The translations under genes were made by a program, and so were the position numbers. This document shows positions 26,110-38,526 of a DNA stretch of 64,000 nucleotides, piece after piece. Within the stretch, counting starts at the first letter, position 1. Every line of letters starts with the position of its first letter. Below the pieces are notes generated by a model. The model was given only the letters and a program-made list of their open reading frames with translations, did not search any database and was not told the origin of the DNA. The DNA comes from Lama guanicoe (taxonomy: Eukaryota): positions 4,752,214 through 4,816,213 of the forward strand of contig MU054323.1 in NCBI GenBank assembly GCA_013239625.1, in the 5' to 3' direction.

Positions 26110-29100
26110 CAAAAGTGAATAGAACTAAATGGAAATACAAAGAAATTCTATATTGGAAATATAAATAAATGCCCAATTTCTACTTCATAGAACACTTAGA
26201 TAAATAATCATTAAGGATAGAGAATGTGGACTAAACAACAACAACAAATCATTATCAATCAACTTGACTGAACTGCCACTTAGAGAACACTGCACTTGCA
26301 TACTGAAGAATACACATTAATTTCAAAGGAACATGCCACGTTAATTAAGATAAACCGTATGCCGAGCCGTGGAACAAGTTCAATGAATAGTATATAATTG
26401 AAATAAGCAGAACATATTTTCTGACCCTTTGTGCTGAATACAATAGTATTCAATTAAAAATCAGTAACAATAAGATCACGAAGAAAATCTCCAAATCTTG
26501 GGAAATTAAACGGTATGATTTCAAATAATTTATAGGTGAAACATACATCACAGGAGAAATTAGAGACTATTTCAAACTAAATGATAATGAAAACAAACGA
26601 TTAAAATGCAGGTAAGCATTCATGTAATGAGTTTTATAGCTTTAAATGCCAATATTAGAAAAGGAAGAAAAGTGTAAAATTAGTCATCTAATATTCCAGT
26701 GTGTAAAGGTAACAAAAAGAAAAATAGAGTATGCCCAAAATGAGAAAAGAAACGAATAAAAATAAAAGCAAAAGTGAATTGAGTAGAAAATGGATAAGCA
26801 ATACGGGAATCAGCAAGTTTGAAGTAGCTTCTCTGAAAAAATTAATAATATTGATAAAAACACAAGAAGAATAATCAAAAAACACAAGACAAAATTTAAA
26901 TTATCAATATTAGAAATGCACAAAGGAAACATGACTACAGATGCTACAAACACTAACATGACAATAAGAAGATATTATAAACAACTTTATGGCAAAAATT
27001 TTGATATTAATGGTATTAATGAATTTCTTCAAAACAAGTGATACAGGGAGAAATTAAAAACCTGAAAAGCCCTATAGCTATTAAAGCAATTAAATCATAA
27101 TCAGAAGCATTTCCATATAGAAATCTCCAGGCCTAGATGATTTCACTATGAATTTTATTAAACATTTAAGGAAGAATAATATCAATTCTGCACAAGTTCT
27201 TTCAGGACATAGATAAAGAAGGAACAATTCCCAATTAGTCTTCTGGGCCAGCATAATTCTAATACTGAAAATAAATTCTAAAAAATAATTACTGCTCAAT
27301 ATTTCATATAATACAGATGCAACATTTCTTAACTAAATATTAGCTGACTAAATCTTGGAGTATTTAGTGAGGATGATATGTTACAGCCAAATGGGGATTA
27401 TGTCAAGAGAGCAAAGATGATTTAACATAAACAATTAAGCAATGAGATTCATTATACTTACAGAATAAAGGTAAAAAATCATGGAAAGAAAGCATTTGAC
27501 AAAATCTAATATCCATTCATAATTAAAAAAAAACCTCAGCAAACTAGGAATCTAGAGAGAAATGGAAAATTTCCTCAATATTGATATAGTGCATGTATGA
27601 AAAATAGACATAAACATCACATTTAATGGCACCAAATTATTGGACACTTTCAAGCTGAAAAATGAGGGAAATTATTCATTATCATAACTTCTATTAAAGG
27701 TGGTAGTTTAATTTCTATGCATTAAAGCAACAGAAGGAAATGAAAGGTAAAAATATGATAAAATTAAAACTATAATTTTCAATGATGACATTATTTTATA
27801 TGTAGAAAACATGAAATCCACAGAAAATATACTAGGATATGAATAAGCAAATTTACTAATGTTATAGAATTCAAGGTTATGGTATCACAAAAAGGTATTT
27901 AGGTTTTGCCCCTGGTTCTTGACACAAAGCTCATACAACTTTTGGAGTTTCCTGGGTGATAGAAGTGTCTTCTATTTTGAATATGATTACTCTTGACAGG
28001 CCCATAGATAGTTTCAGGATGGGGCTGGTCACCCGAGAAAGCAAGCCTTGAATAAAAGCCTGGACTTTCAGTTCCACTCCTCCAACCTTCAGAAAGGAGA
28101 GAGGAGCTGGGGATTGAGTCGATAATCAAGCATGCCTCCATGATGAAACCTCCATGAAAAAAACTCTAAATGGCTGAGTTTGGAGAGCTTGAGTTGGTGA
28201 AGACGTCCACAAGCTGGGAGGGTGGCAGAGCCTACCTAACTCAGTGTGGACAGAAGTTCTTATGCCTGGAATACTTCTGGACTTCATTCTATGCACCTCT
28301 TCATCTGGCTGTTCATTAGCATCCTTTAAAATAAACTGGTAATAATAAAGTGCTTTCTGGAAACTTGTGAGCTGTTCTAGCAAATTATTAAATCTGAAAA
28401 AAAGGAGAAAGTTTTGGTTGGGGAATTCCTTGACATTGCGCCTTGACAAAGCTGAACAGAAGAGTGGGTAACTTAGACCCAATACCTGTGACTGGTGTCT
28501 GAAGTGAGGGCTTTCTTGTTGGACTAAGCCTTAAACACATGGAGTCTGATGCTAACTCTGGGTACTTAATGTCAGAATTGAATTGGATTGGTGGACACCC
28601 AGTTGCTGTCCAGAGAAGTGGAGAATTGGTTGGTATGAGGGAAAAAAAACCCCTAAGTATTTGGTGTCAAAAATTTTATGAGTAAAAACAGCTTAAAGGC
28701 CATTGCACAGAAAAATTAGTTATATTTCAATATATCATCAACAATGTAAAACATTATATTTAGGCTACTAGTTACAAAATTATAAAAAAAATCAAAACTC
28801 TACAGAAAATACTAATGAAAGATGTGCAAGATCTCTAAATTGAAAACTACCAAACATTGGTGAGGGAAATTAAAGATTTAAATAAATAGGGAGATATGTC
28901 ATGTTTATGGACCGGAAGACAATATTTTTAAGATGTCAATTCTCATTAAATTTCTGTAGATACAACCCAATTGCAATGAAAGCCCCACAAGGCTTTTGTT
29001 GTTGTTGAAGATATTGACAAACTGATTATAAAATTTACATGAAAATATTATCTAAATAGGCAAAATTATCTTGGGAAAAAATGGAAGTATTTATATCATT

Positions 29101-30450
29101 TGATTTTAAGACTACTGTAAGTTCCTGGTAATACAGTGTGGCATTGTTCTAAGATCACAAAACAGAGTTTATAATTATTCATAAATAGTCAATCAATTGA
29201 CTTTTGACCAACACCAAGTCAGTTAAAAAGGAAAAGAAAAACTTAACATAAAAATGAGTGTTGAAACAACTGGAATTTCATTTGCGAAGAATAAAATGTG
29301 GTTCCTACTTCACTCTAAACACAAAAGTGTATTCAAAATGAATCATAGATTGAAACATGTTAAACATTAATGCTAGAACAATAGAGTATAAAAGAAAAAT
29401 CCCAAACGGATGCCTTCATGGCATTGGAATAAGAAAGAGTTCTTAAACAGCAAATAAGCCTCAAAAGAACAAAGCACAAAAGAAAAAAAGATAAGTAGAA
29501 TTTTATTGAAATTAAAATATCTTCTCATTAAAACATTAAAAATATGAACCTTGTATACAGAATATATAAAGAACTCCTACAAATCAACAACAAAAAAGAC
29601 AACCCAATGTAAACAAAAAAGCACGAGAGATTTGAATAGTTACTCCACAAATGAAGACATACAAATGGCCAACAAACACATGGATAGGAAATTCATCATC
29701 AGGGAATGAAATTACAACCACAGTAAGATACCTTTTCACACCCAGTAGGATGGATAAAATAAAAAAAGATGGGCAATACCAAATGTTGACAAATACATGG
29801 AGCAGCTGGACCTCTAGAACCTTGTTGCTAGGAGTATAAAATGCTTCAACCATTTGGAGAACTATTTAGCAGTTTTTTTTTTTAAGTTAAACATACTACA
29901 TAACTCTGTGCCCTAGTTTGAATTTCCTCCCAATATACTAAAGCATATGCACACACTGCCCAACACATTTCTGATAAAGAATCTTCCTTAGCAGCCTTAT
30001 TCATAATGGCCCCAAACTGGACAAAACCCAATGCTTATCAACGGGATAGTATATAAACCAGTTGTGATACATTCATTCCATAGCCTACTGGTCAGTGATG
30101 AGAAGGAACAGAGCAACGACATGACATGATTACAACAACATGAGTAAATTAGAAACCATTGTGTGGAGCCAAGGAATCCAGCAGCACCTGATGTATATAA
30201 AGCCCCCATACAGGCAGGACTGCTATGTGGTGATCAAAATAAAAATTGTCCCAAGGGTGTGGCTGTGAAGATGGTTGACCAGAGGGCAACGTAAACTATC
30301 TGATTTGATGAAAATATTTGAAATGCTTTGAGTGGTAGTTGCATGCATGCGTAAAATTTAAAAAAAACAAAAAAGGAAATGAGCACTTCAGTTCTGTGCA
30401 TTTGATCGTATATAAATCAGACCTCATTACAATATTACTTTATCAAAAAA
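26110..30450 (+). mobile_element. Older L1 ORF2 (EN, RT, C-terminus) and 3' UTR, split by the LTR at 27878-28695
   Basis: 'ccaggcctagatgatttcactatgaattttatta', 'gaaagcatttgacaaaatc', 'gatgacattattttatatgtagaaaac'; L1 sequence resumes after 28700. Confidence 0.85.
27878..28695 (+). mobile_element. Solo LTR, MER21-like
   Basis: 'ttttgcccctggttcttgacacaaagctc', 'gatggggctggtcacc', 'gcacctcttcatctggctgttcatt', 'tgtcagaattgaattg'; near-TSD aaggt (27873-27877) / aaggc (28696-28700). Confidence 0.8.
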
Positions 30451-30599
30451 GGTAAAGAAAGTCACAATCACAATGAAAATGGTCATCTGTCACCTCTTAC
30501 CTTACTTTGATTCTTCTGGTAAAATGTTCCCTTAAGGTGGCGAGGCAGAGGGTGAATACAAGGCTTTTTTTAAACAAAAATCCTATCAGTTAATGTTTC

Positions 30600-30800
30600 A
30601 AATGATTGTTGTGGGCCCATACAATAGTGATAGTAAACGGATGACTATGTTGAACATTCACTAAGACTATGACCACTTTATACAGAAGAGGTGGAAACGT
30701 AAACAACTTGGTAAAATCATGTAGCTTGTAAACCATGAGCCCAGGAATTGAACCTTGGTCTGACTCCAGAGTCTCTGCCTTTAACCACTGCTCTGGTCTG
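30600..30800 (-). mobile_element. MIR SINE
   Basis: 'gagcccaggaattgaaccttggtctgactccagagtctctgcctttaaccactg'. Confidence 0.75.
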
Positions 30801-30829
30801 CCTCCCCTACACTTCTTGCTGGAAAAATC

Positions 30830-31560
30830 GGCTTGAAATCCAACAGAAAAAATGGACAAACGCAAACCACAGGGAAATAAGATAAAATACCTAAACATTT
30901 CCTCTAATGCATCATTCAAACTAAGTTGAAATGAGAAAAATGCAAATTCAGGGATAATGAGATCCCAGGCAACACTCACACGAATGGCCGTGATTGGAAA
31001 GGTGCAGGATGCCAGCTGTTGGTGAAGATGTGGTGAGTCAAGAACTCTGGATCATTGATCATGTCAGTGTCCTCAGCCATTCTGGAAACTGTTCAGCAGG
31101 TACTTCATGTAAGTAACTAGGCATTTGGCTTATGATTAATCATGCCCATTCCTGAGTGCATAGCTCAGGGAAGTTCTGTAAGGGGGTTTGTACACGGTAG
31201 TTGATTGCCATGGGGTGTTTGTAAGTGTGTGTTCTTGTAAGCAGAAAGCTGAGGGATGCTCAGTAGGAGGATAGATTAGTAATACATTATGGATCCAATG
31301 AAATACATTATAGAAGCAATGGACTAGGTATAATATACTACAATATAAATACGTTCTAAAATACACTTTAAAAAATAAAGTAAGAAAATGAGATTAAAGT
31401 ACAACAACATGAATGAAAAGTCAAAGTTATACATGGCAAACAACACTATCCTGTATGTATATTTATGAACATATTCATGTACTTTTAGAGCGGAAATCTA
31501 TTGATGTGGAAGAGGAATACAAATAGTGATTAGGAACAGAGGAAAAACATTTAAAATTGT
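30830..31560 (+). mobile_element. Old L1 3' fragment (L1ME-like)
   Basis: 'tgttggtgaagatgtgg', 'atccaatgaaatacattatagaagcaat'. Confidence 0.5.
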
Positions 31561-33419
31561 AATCAGAGCCTTTTTAAAATCAATGATAACTGTTAGGTAA
31601 CAAAAACAGGATAAACTAAGATCAAGCTCCAGACATTAAAAAAAAAAATCACTCTGAGGTTTAAGAAAAGTTATTTATCCCACTCCAGCGAACAATTTTT
31701 GGATCCAGTTCTGAGCAATTACACGTAGGACAGCTCCAGAGAGTGAATCACATACCTCAAAATAGTGAGTTCCGAAGTGTGTGTTTGTGAGTGTGTGTGT
31801 GAGTGTGTGTGTAAGTGCGCTCACACATGTGTGTGCTACAGACATACATTTCTAGAGGAAGTCATCCTATGAGGCAAAATGGAGAGGAACCTGGATATCT
31901 TTGCTGTCCAATCAGAACCACAGTCCCATCCAATCCCTGGGTGCCATTAGTATCAGGGTATCCACATCTCCATAGAGACAAAGGTTTGATTTAGATCACC
32001 CTTTGCTGTAGTACATCCAGTGTTGTTCTATGGAAACACCTGTGTAGAAAAGGGGATTAAGTGGGGGTCATACACGCCTCCTTACTGAAAATGTTGAAAT
32101 GTAAAGCTCAGTCTGCAAGCAACAGACAGCAACATTGCTGTCCTGCCTGGCCTCAGAGTTGGTTTTCTTTCAGATTCCTAGTATGATCTGTGCTTTCTAA
32201 TGGGTGACAGCTCACATATGAGACCACTATCAACTTAAGGACAAACAACAGTCTGTCAAATCAATGAAGGAAGGAAGGAACAAACAGAAGAATGGACGAA
32301 TGAAAGAACACAGTCTTTCATGACCGATTTCATCATGCACATCAGACACAATAGCTCGTCTCCTCTTACAGGACGTCTAAAAACGGCAGAAGCCAGAAAG
32401 CACAGGACAAAAGCAGCATCGGCAGGTGCGAGCCATCTACAGCACGGGGTGGCTGAGAACACAGTCCCTTAGCCAAGTCTTGAAAGAGGAAAGTACTAAA
32501 CCACTGCCTAAAAACTGCAAATGGAAGCAATAATAGCTTCTCATCAAGAGAGGCACTAAATGGTTTGAAGTGGCAGTGGAGAGATCGTCTCTCATATGTT
32601 ATCACGGGAGTTCATATTGATTCATTCTCTGTAGTTGAATTATCTTTGAAAAATTTATGGTGCATTTTTATGGCAATAGCCAATCATGCATATCATTAGT
32701 GTGGATAGCAAGGAGTTTAAGACAAGAGGAGACTGATGGCTTTTCAATTATTGATGTAAATGAATTGCCAAGTGTAGCTAGTTTAAGAAATGCAATAAAG
32801 AGCAAAAGTCAAGTCTCTGGCTCTGTGCACACACACACACAACCACACTAAACAAACTCATATTTCATCTTAGCAGTAAGAGAAGAAGGCAATTAAGTTA
32901 CTTAAAATTTCAGACACCTCTGGAAATTTACATCATGAAGTGAAATTTTCAAAAAAATCCATTTTCATTGGTATTTAAAGGAGGGCTACTCAGAATTTCA
33001 AATTTACAGGGTGTTTCAGAGATTATCACATCCAACTCTGCCCTGCCAGTGCTTCAAGGTGGGTGTCACTGTCTCTGATCAGGTACCGACTCTAACTATA
33101 GATTGGTGGTGTGTACTGCCCACAGAAGGAAAGTCACTTTATGTGGCAAGTAAGCTTACCAATTTCAGAAACTGATTATTTGTCCACATATAATGTGGTT
33201 TCACCATTGATCTTTCTGGGTTTCCCTGAGCACATTATTCTCTCTGAACATAATACTTCTCATCTCTAAAATGGAAATAATAGGAATATTAGTTTATGAG
33301 ATTGTGTTAGAAACTTAAATGATAGCACATACTGCAAAGTTATCAGCAAACTGTTTTGGTTTATGTTATAGTTGTGCTGATGCTGGTAAAATCCATCTCT
33401 ACTTCAGGGCCATGGGCAC

Positions 33420-34520
33420 AACCTGGGCCCAACATTATCTATCACCCTAAAGCACCACAATGAATTCCTACTTTCCACACTCAGTATAGTCCTCTTTACT
33501 ACTTAGCAACTCTCTAACTTCCTTTTAATCAATTTTGTTTTCCATTGTCTCAGTACAATTCCAACATTTAACTCTTTGAGCTGCTATCCCATCCCATCCA
33601 TTTTACATCCAGTAGGCATTGTAAGTTCCTAAAGAAATTTATGGGAGCAGATATTACCTATACCAATTTCTTGTGTACCCATTAACAACAAATATATTTA
33701 TAGCCTTTACGTCTTTGCCCTTTTCCTTCCAGTCTCAAAGGGCACCTATTCAGGATCAACCAATAATCTTATGTACGCTCTTTATGCCACCCTTCCGCAA
33801 ATCCAAAACCATCTTGAACTGATATATTTATTCTGAGTTCTGTGCTTTCCTATCATACTCAATGAGTAAATATCATTTGGGAGTCTCCACTTGGATGATG
33901 CATTGAAAACCCTTATTTAGCATATTTCTCATAGAATACTAACTTCCATCTCCAGCCTCTGTTCACACTGGTGGACCGACTTGGTTACTCAAGGCATATA
34001 CCTTTATGTCATCCCTGAGCTCTCCTTTTCCATATAACTGGCATCCAGTTGCAAAGTTACGTTAGTTTTACTTTTTAAATGATTTCTCGAATCCATTTAC
34101 TTACCTTCAACCTAATAGGTAACTATTCTAATTCAATCCTAATCCATCATGAGAATGACTGCAATAAACTCATGGCTGGTCTTCTTGACTCTTGTCTCAC
34201 TAATGCAAAATCTAATCTCCATGTCACCCTAAGAGTCATATTTCTAAAGCACTTATCCAACAGCATTCCAAGGGTAAGCCTTTTATGATCTGACCCAACT
34301 TACCTCTTCAGCTACATTTCTCTGCATTATCCTCTCACACACTCTGCTGCTGTCAGACTAAGCTTCACGCAGGTGCACTCTGCCGCCTTTAGTGGTTTTG
34401 CACCATTTGTCTTCCTTTCTCTTGGGCTGGCTCCTATTACTTGTCCTCAATACATCAGCCTCCTGGACTCTGTCTAACATGCCAGACTGTGTTGTGTCCC
34501 CCTCTTCTGTGCTTTCCTAT
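33420..34520 (+). mobile_element. L2 fragments
   Basis: 'tctccacttggatg', 'gactgcaataaactcatggctggtcttcttgact', 'atgatctgacccaacttacctcttcagc'. Confidence 0.6.
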
Positions 34521-35649
34521 CACCCTCAACTACAGTTTTTTCTTTCTTGGTTTCTTTCCCATGGAAGCGTGAGTTTTCCAAGGGTAGGAGTATCCATTGG
34601 GTAACTGAAGATGAAATTACACTTTTTTTTTTTCAGAAAGGGTGAGTCTAAACATCTATCATTATAAACTATAGGTATATTTATATGTGTTGGACCATGA
34701 GACTGGATATAATCACCTAGCACATCATAGAATGGAAAGACAGCTCTGGGGAGGACCCTGAAGAACATTACCAAGGTCACTTTATATTTCACCAAGGCCA
34801 TGGAAAAGCAAGAAGAAGCAATTTTCAGGTGTACATGAGATTTTAGGGCAACAAGAAAACCAGAGAGAAAAATGGCAGAGGGATCTTAATGTGTTGAAGT
34901 GAGCTTTCATTTGTAGAGCTATAGCTAATCCATAAAGAGAATTATCTGCCTGCAGTTGGTAAGGATGACAAAATATGAAAAGCCAAATCAAGGACATTGA
35001 AGTTTAGTGTGGTATTTAAACTGTGCAAATACAGAAGCATCTTATTAGGATGAATTTGTCAGGGGAAGGAAGTGAACGTAAGAAACAAAACAAAACAAAA
35101 TTGCCTATCAAGACAAAGAAAGTAACATGCAATTAATAAGACTCACAAAACATACAAAGGATGAATTTGGCCCTTCAACAAATTCTTTATAGCAGATCAA
35201 ATTGGACTGAGAAAATCACAGTGTATAAAGCATGACTGTTAACAGATCCTTTGTTCTGAGCTCCACCTCCCACCCAAGCCATGAGATTCCTTGATTCATT
35301 AATACCAATGGGTTTATTTTTATACAGGTTAAATCACCTGTTGTTAGAATGTGGTTCTGGGTCATTACACAGTGAATTTTAATAAATTAAACCTTCTGTC
35401 CTTTTCAAAAGCAACACATGGGTCAACAACTATGATTAAGTTGTCTATATTAATAAGTGGTTATTTCTAGGATAATTACAGTTTCTTCTAAATGATTTGT
35501 ATAAATGGGAAATGCCTTTAAATAGTTCCAAGTTATTTATATCCTCACCTTTGATATGTCCTGTGTGATCTAATATCTGTGTATGGATACCCAGGGGTTC
35601 TAACTTTAATATTTAACTAAATAACCTGAGTTATTTTTTTCCAATAAGG

Positions 35650-35945
35650 GAGAAGTGCAGTATAGTGGTTAGAAGCATAGGGGAACAGATTGACTGGGTT
35701 GGAATCCTAGCTCTGGTTCTAGGTCTTTGACCTTGAGCATATTGTTACCCTTTCTGTGACTCAGTTGCTCATTTGTAACCTGGAAATAATAATAGTACTT
35801 ACCCATTAGAGTTATTCTAAATATGAAATAAGTTTATACATATCTACACACACATATATAAAGTGCTATACAGGAAAAAATATTATGTAAGCTCTTAGAA
35901 CTGAGTCTGGTATAGGATAGGCACTTAATAATGTAACTATTATAA
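35650..35945 (+). mobile_element. Near full-length MIR
   Basis: 'gcagtatagtggttagaagcata...ctgggttggaatcctagctctg...tgaccttgagcat...ctcagttgctcatttgtaacctggaaataataatagtacttacc'. Confidence 0.85.
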
Positions 35946-36499
35946 TTTCAATCATTCTACTTCCCATTTTACACTGAGCAGCATTGCTTGCTTGTTGACT
36001 TGTCATGGTTATTTCCTCAATAATAAGGAGGTAATTAGGTAATAAGGGGGAAGGTAAACAGAAAATACGAAACTAAAAGAACAAAGGAAGAAACTAGAAC
36101 ATAATATATAATATACTCCGTATAACACCTTACTATATAATACTAGCACTTAATGTCATTTTCTTCAAACTCGGGTAAAACATAGCCTTTGAACTTGGAT
36201 ATTTCTATTTCAAATTCTCAACTGCTGAAAGAGATGGTCTTTTTACCTGATGGCTTGGCAGGCATGCAAAAATATTTTTTAAACATTGAGGAAAATAAGG
36301 AAAGCCCATTTCCAAGCTCTGAGAAAAGTGTCCACTTGCAATGAGGCAGGAAGATCTTGACTGAAGCCTGAGTCATATACTTTGGGCCGTTGTGAAATAG
36401 CACGTTTTCTACAATTCCACCGTCTCGACGCTAATGATAAGGCTGGGCGTGATTCGCCTCGTCTCCTCGGCGGAGTTGCTACGTTGATGTGTGCCCACT

Positions 36500-37800
36500 T
36501 GTTTTCAGATGTATTTGAGTGCCTGTAAGTTGCCAGAAAGCTGCTAGATGCTGGGAATACAAAGATGAACAACATGTGAGTGTCTTTGACCTCAATATTT
36601 TTTCCCAATTACTAGGGGAAAGGTCACAGAGCTAGTTACGAAGCTAGGATGTGTGAAAATATAATTCCAACAGCAGTACCACGGGAGAGGATTGCTGGGG
36701 GAAAATGGCTTGTACGAAATGCTTTTAAAGCACATGAAGTGAATGATGAAATTAATTGTGGGAGGGAGAATACTCAGAGCAGAGGAGCATGTTTGTACAA
36801 GACTTCACCAATTGAATGATATTTTAAAGTGGTCTTTGAAATAAGAGTCATTTTCCCAGACTGGGGAGAATGATTAAAATACATCACTCAGCAGCTTCAA
36901 AAACCATTAGGCCATCTGTGGACATTCAGAGGGTGAGGTCTGCAGTCCAGCGGAGTCCAGACTAAAGGGATCCATGGGTCTGGCTGTAAATGTTAGGTGT
37001 TCATGAGACAGAGAGCGTACTTTGCCCTGTAATCGCCCAGGAGGTAAATATGATTAAGAATCAGAATCATATATGCTATATTTTCATTTTAGAAAAACTG
37101 CCTGAGAGGAAGTGAGGAGATCAATGGGGAAACTCTAAGAGAAGAGAACTTAAATCAAAGTGGAGTCAGCAGGAATGGGAAAAAGGAGAATGGATTGGAG
37201 AGATCCATACATTGTAAAAATTAAGAGGACTTGGTGGCCAATGAGACGAGAAGATGTCATATAAGGAAGGGACGAGGATGACTCCATGGTTTCCAGCGGA
37301 ATGCTGGAATTACATCTTCAGGTATCAAAACAGCAGGTTGGTAAGAAAAGATGGTGATGCTGGTTTGGACTGCGGTGCATGTGATGGGTCTACAGGACAT
37401 CTGAGAGCAGATGTTCATGGGCTGTGGAAATAAGACTCTGAAACACAGGGAGGATTTTGGCTTCATGATAGAGATTCAGAACATAGGTGTTTAAGTGTAG
37501 CATGCATTAAGCCAGAAGAAAATAGAAAAGGAAGGGAAAAGAATGAGAGTTTACGAAAGGTCAAATTGAAGGTGAAGAATGAGCTCCAAACAGAAAATGA
37601 CTGAAATGTTGTGGCCGGAGAGAGGGGAGAGACTGGTGACTTATAAGCTAAGAGAGGCATTTTAAGATGGACAGGGCCTTGTTGGGGCTCTCACACTTTC
37701 TGGAGAAGTCAGGCTAGAAAGTTTGAAAAGAAGCTAACAGACATTTCTGATATCGGTTTCACTGGATGAATGGGTGGTGAGGTTGAGGTATAAATTGGAG
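36500..37800 (-). mobile_element. L2 fragments
   Basis: 'gtatttgagtgcctgtaagttgccagaaagctgctagatgctgggaatacaaagatgaaca', 'cattttagaaaaactgcctg', 'gaggatgactccatggtttccagc'. Confidence 0.7.
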
Positions 37801-37814
37801 CTTAAAAAATATAG

Positions 37815-37880
37815 TCATGACTGGGACATTCTGCTGTACACCAGAAGTTGACACATTGTAACTGACTATACTTCAATTAA
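37815..37880 (+). mobile_element. Extremely 5'-truncated recent L1 (~65-bp 3' tip)
   Basis: 'atgactgggacattctgctgtacaccagaagttgacacattgtaactgactatacttcaattaaaa'; near-TSD aaaaaatatag (37804-37814) / aaaaaagatag (37881-37891); highly similar to 38456-38520. Confidence 0.85.
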
Positions 37881-38307
37881 AAAAAAGATAGATGAAGGGT
37901 TTAAATTCAAGATTTGGGTAATGCAAAGAAAAAGAGGGTTATTTCATTGAAAACAAAGAGATAGACTCAAATATGGGGAAGTGTGCTATAAATGATAAAC
38001 ACATTACAAAAATGTAATGGGCTGTGAAATAGAGTATTCATAAGACGAAGGCAGCCTTACTGATGTGGACTTACTCTCTGCTGATGGGAACTGGCAAAAG
38101 ATTCCAAAAAACCATGTCTTCTGTTTAACTTCATGTGTGTCTTTTACAGCCATGAACAAGGTATGGAAAAATAAATATGGCTCCAATTTTCCATGTTTAT
38201 CTCCATTTCTAACACCTCTGTAAAGGCTTCCTGAAGGATACACAATTCTCAAGAGCCAGATCGTCCCATCCCGGGGTTTATTACCCCAGCATTGTTCTCC
38301 ACTGGTT

Positions 38308-38526
38308 ACATTTGAGATTTGCAAATATTAACCTCTATATATAAAAATAGATAAAAAGCAAATTTCTTCTGTATAGCACAGGGAACTATATTCAATATCT
38401 TGTAATACCCTTTAATGAAAAAGAATATGAAAATGAATATATGTATGTATATGTATGACTGGGACATCGTGCTGTACATCAGAAATTGACACATTGTAAC
38501 TGACTGTACTTCGATTAAGAAAAAAG
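38308..38526 (+). mobile_element. Recent L1 3' UTR fragment (camelid-type)
   Basis: 'ctgtatagcacagggaactatattcaatatcttgta...aatgaaaaagaatatgaaa...gaaattgacacattgtaactgactgtacttc'; paralogous to ~2965-3165. Confidence 0.88.

Noticed and set aside
22230..30450. Intact or active full-length L1
   Set aside because: Mosaic of different-aged fragments full of stops and frameshifts; no long ORF1 or ORF2
38004..38324. 106-aa - strand ORF or possible processed pseudogene next to an L1 tail
   Set aside because: Starts inside L1 sequence; no recognisable protein, poly-A or TSD
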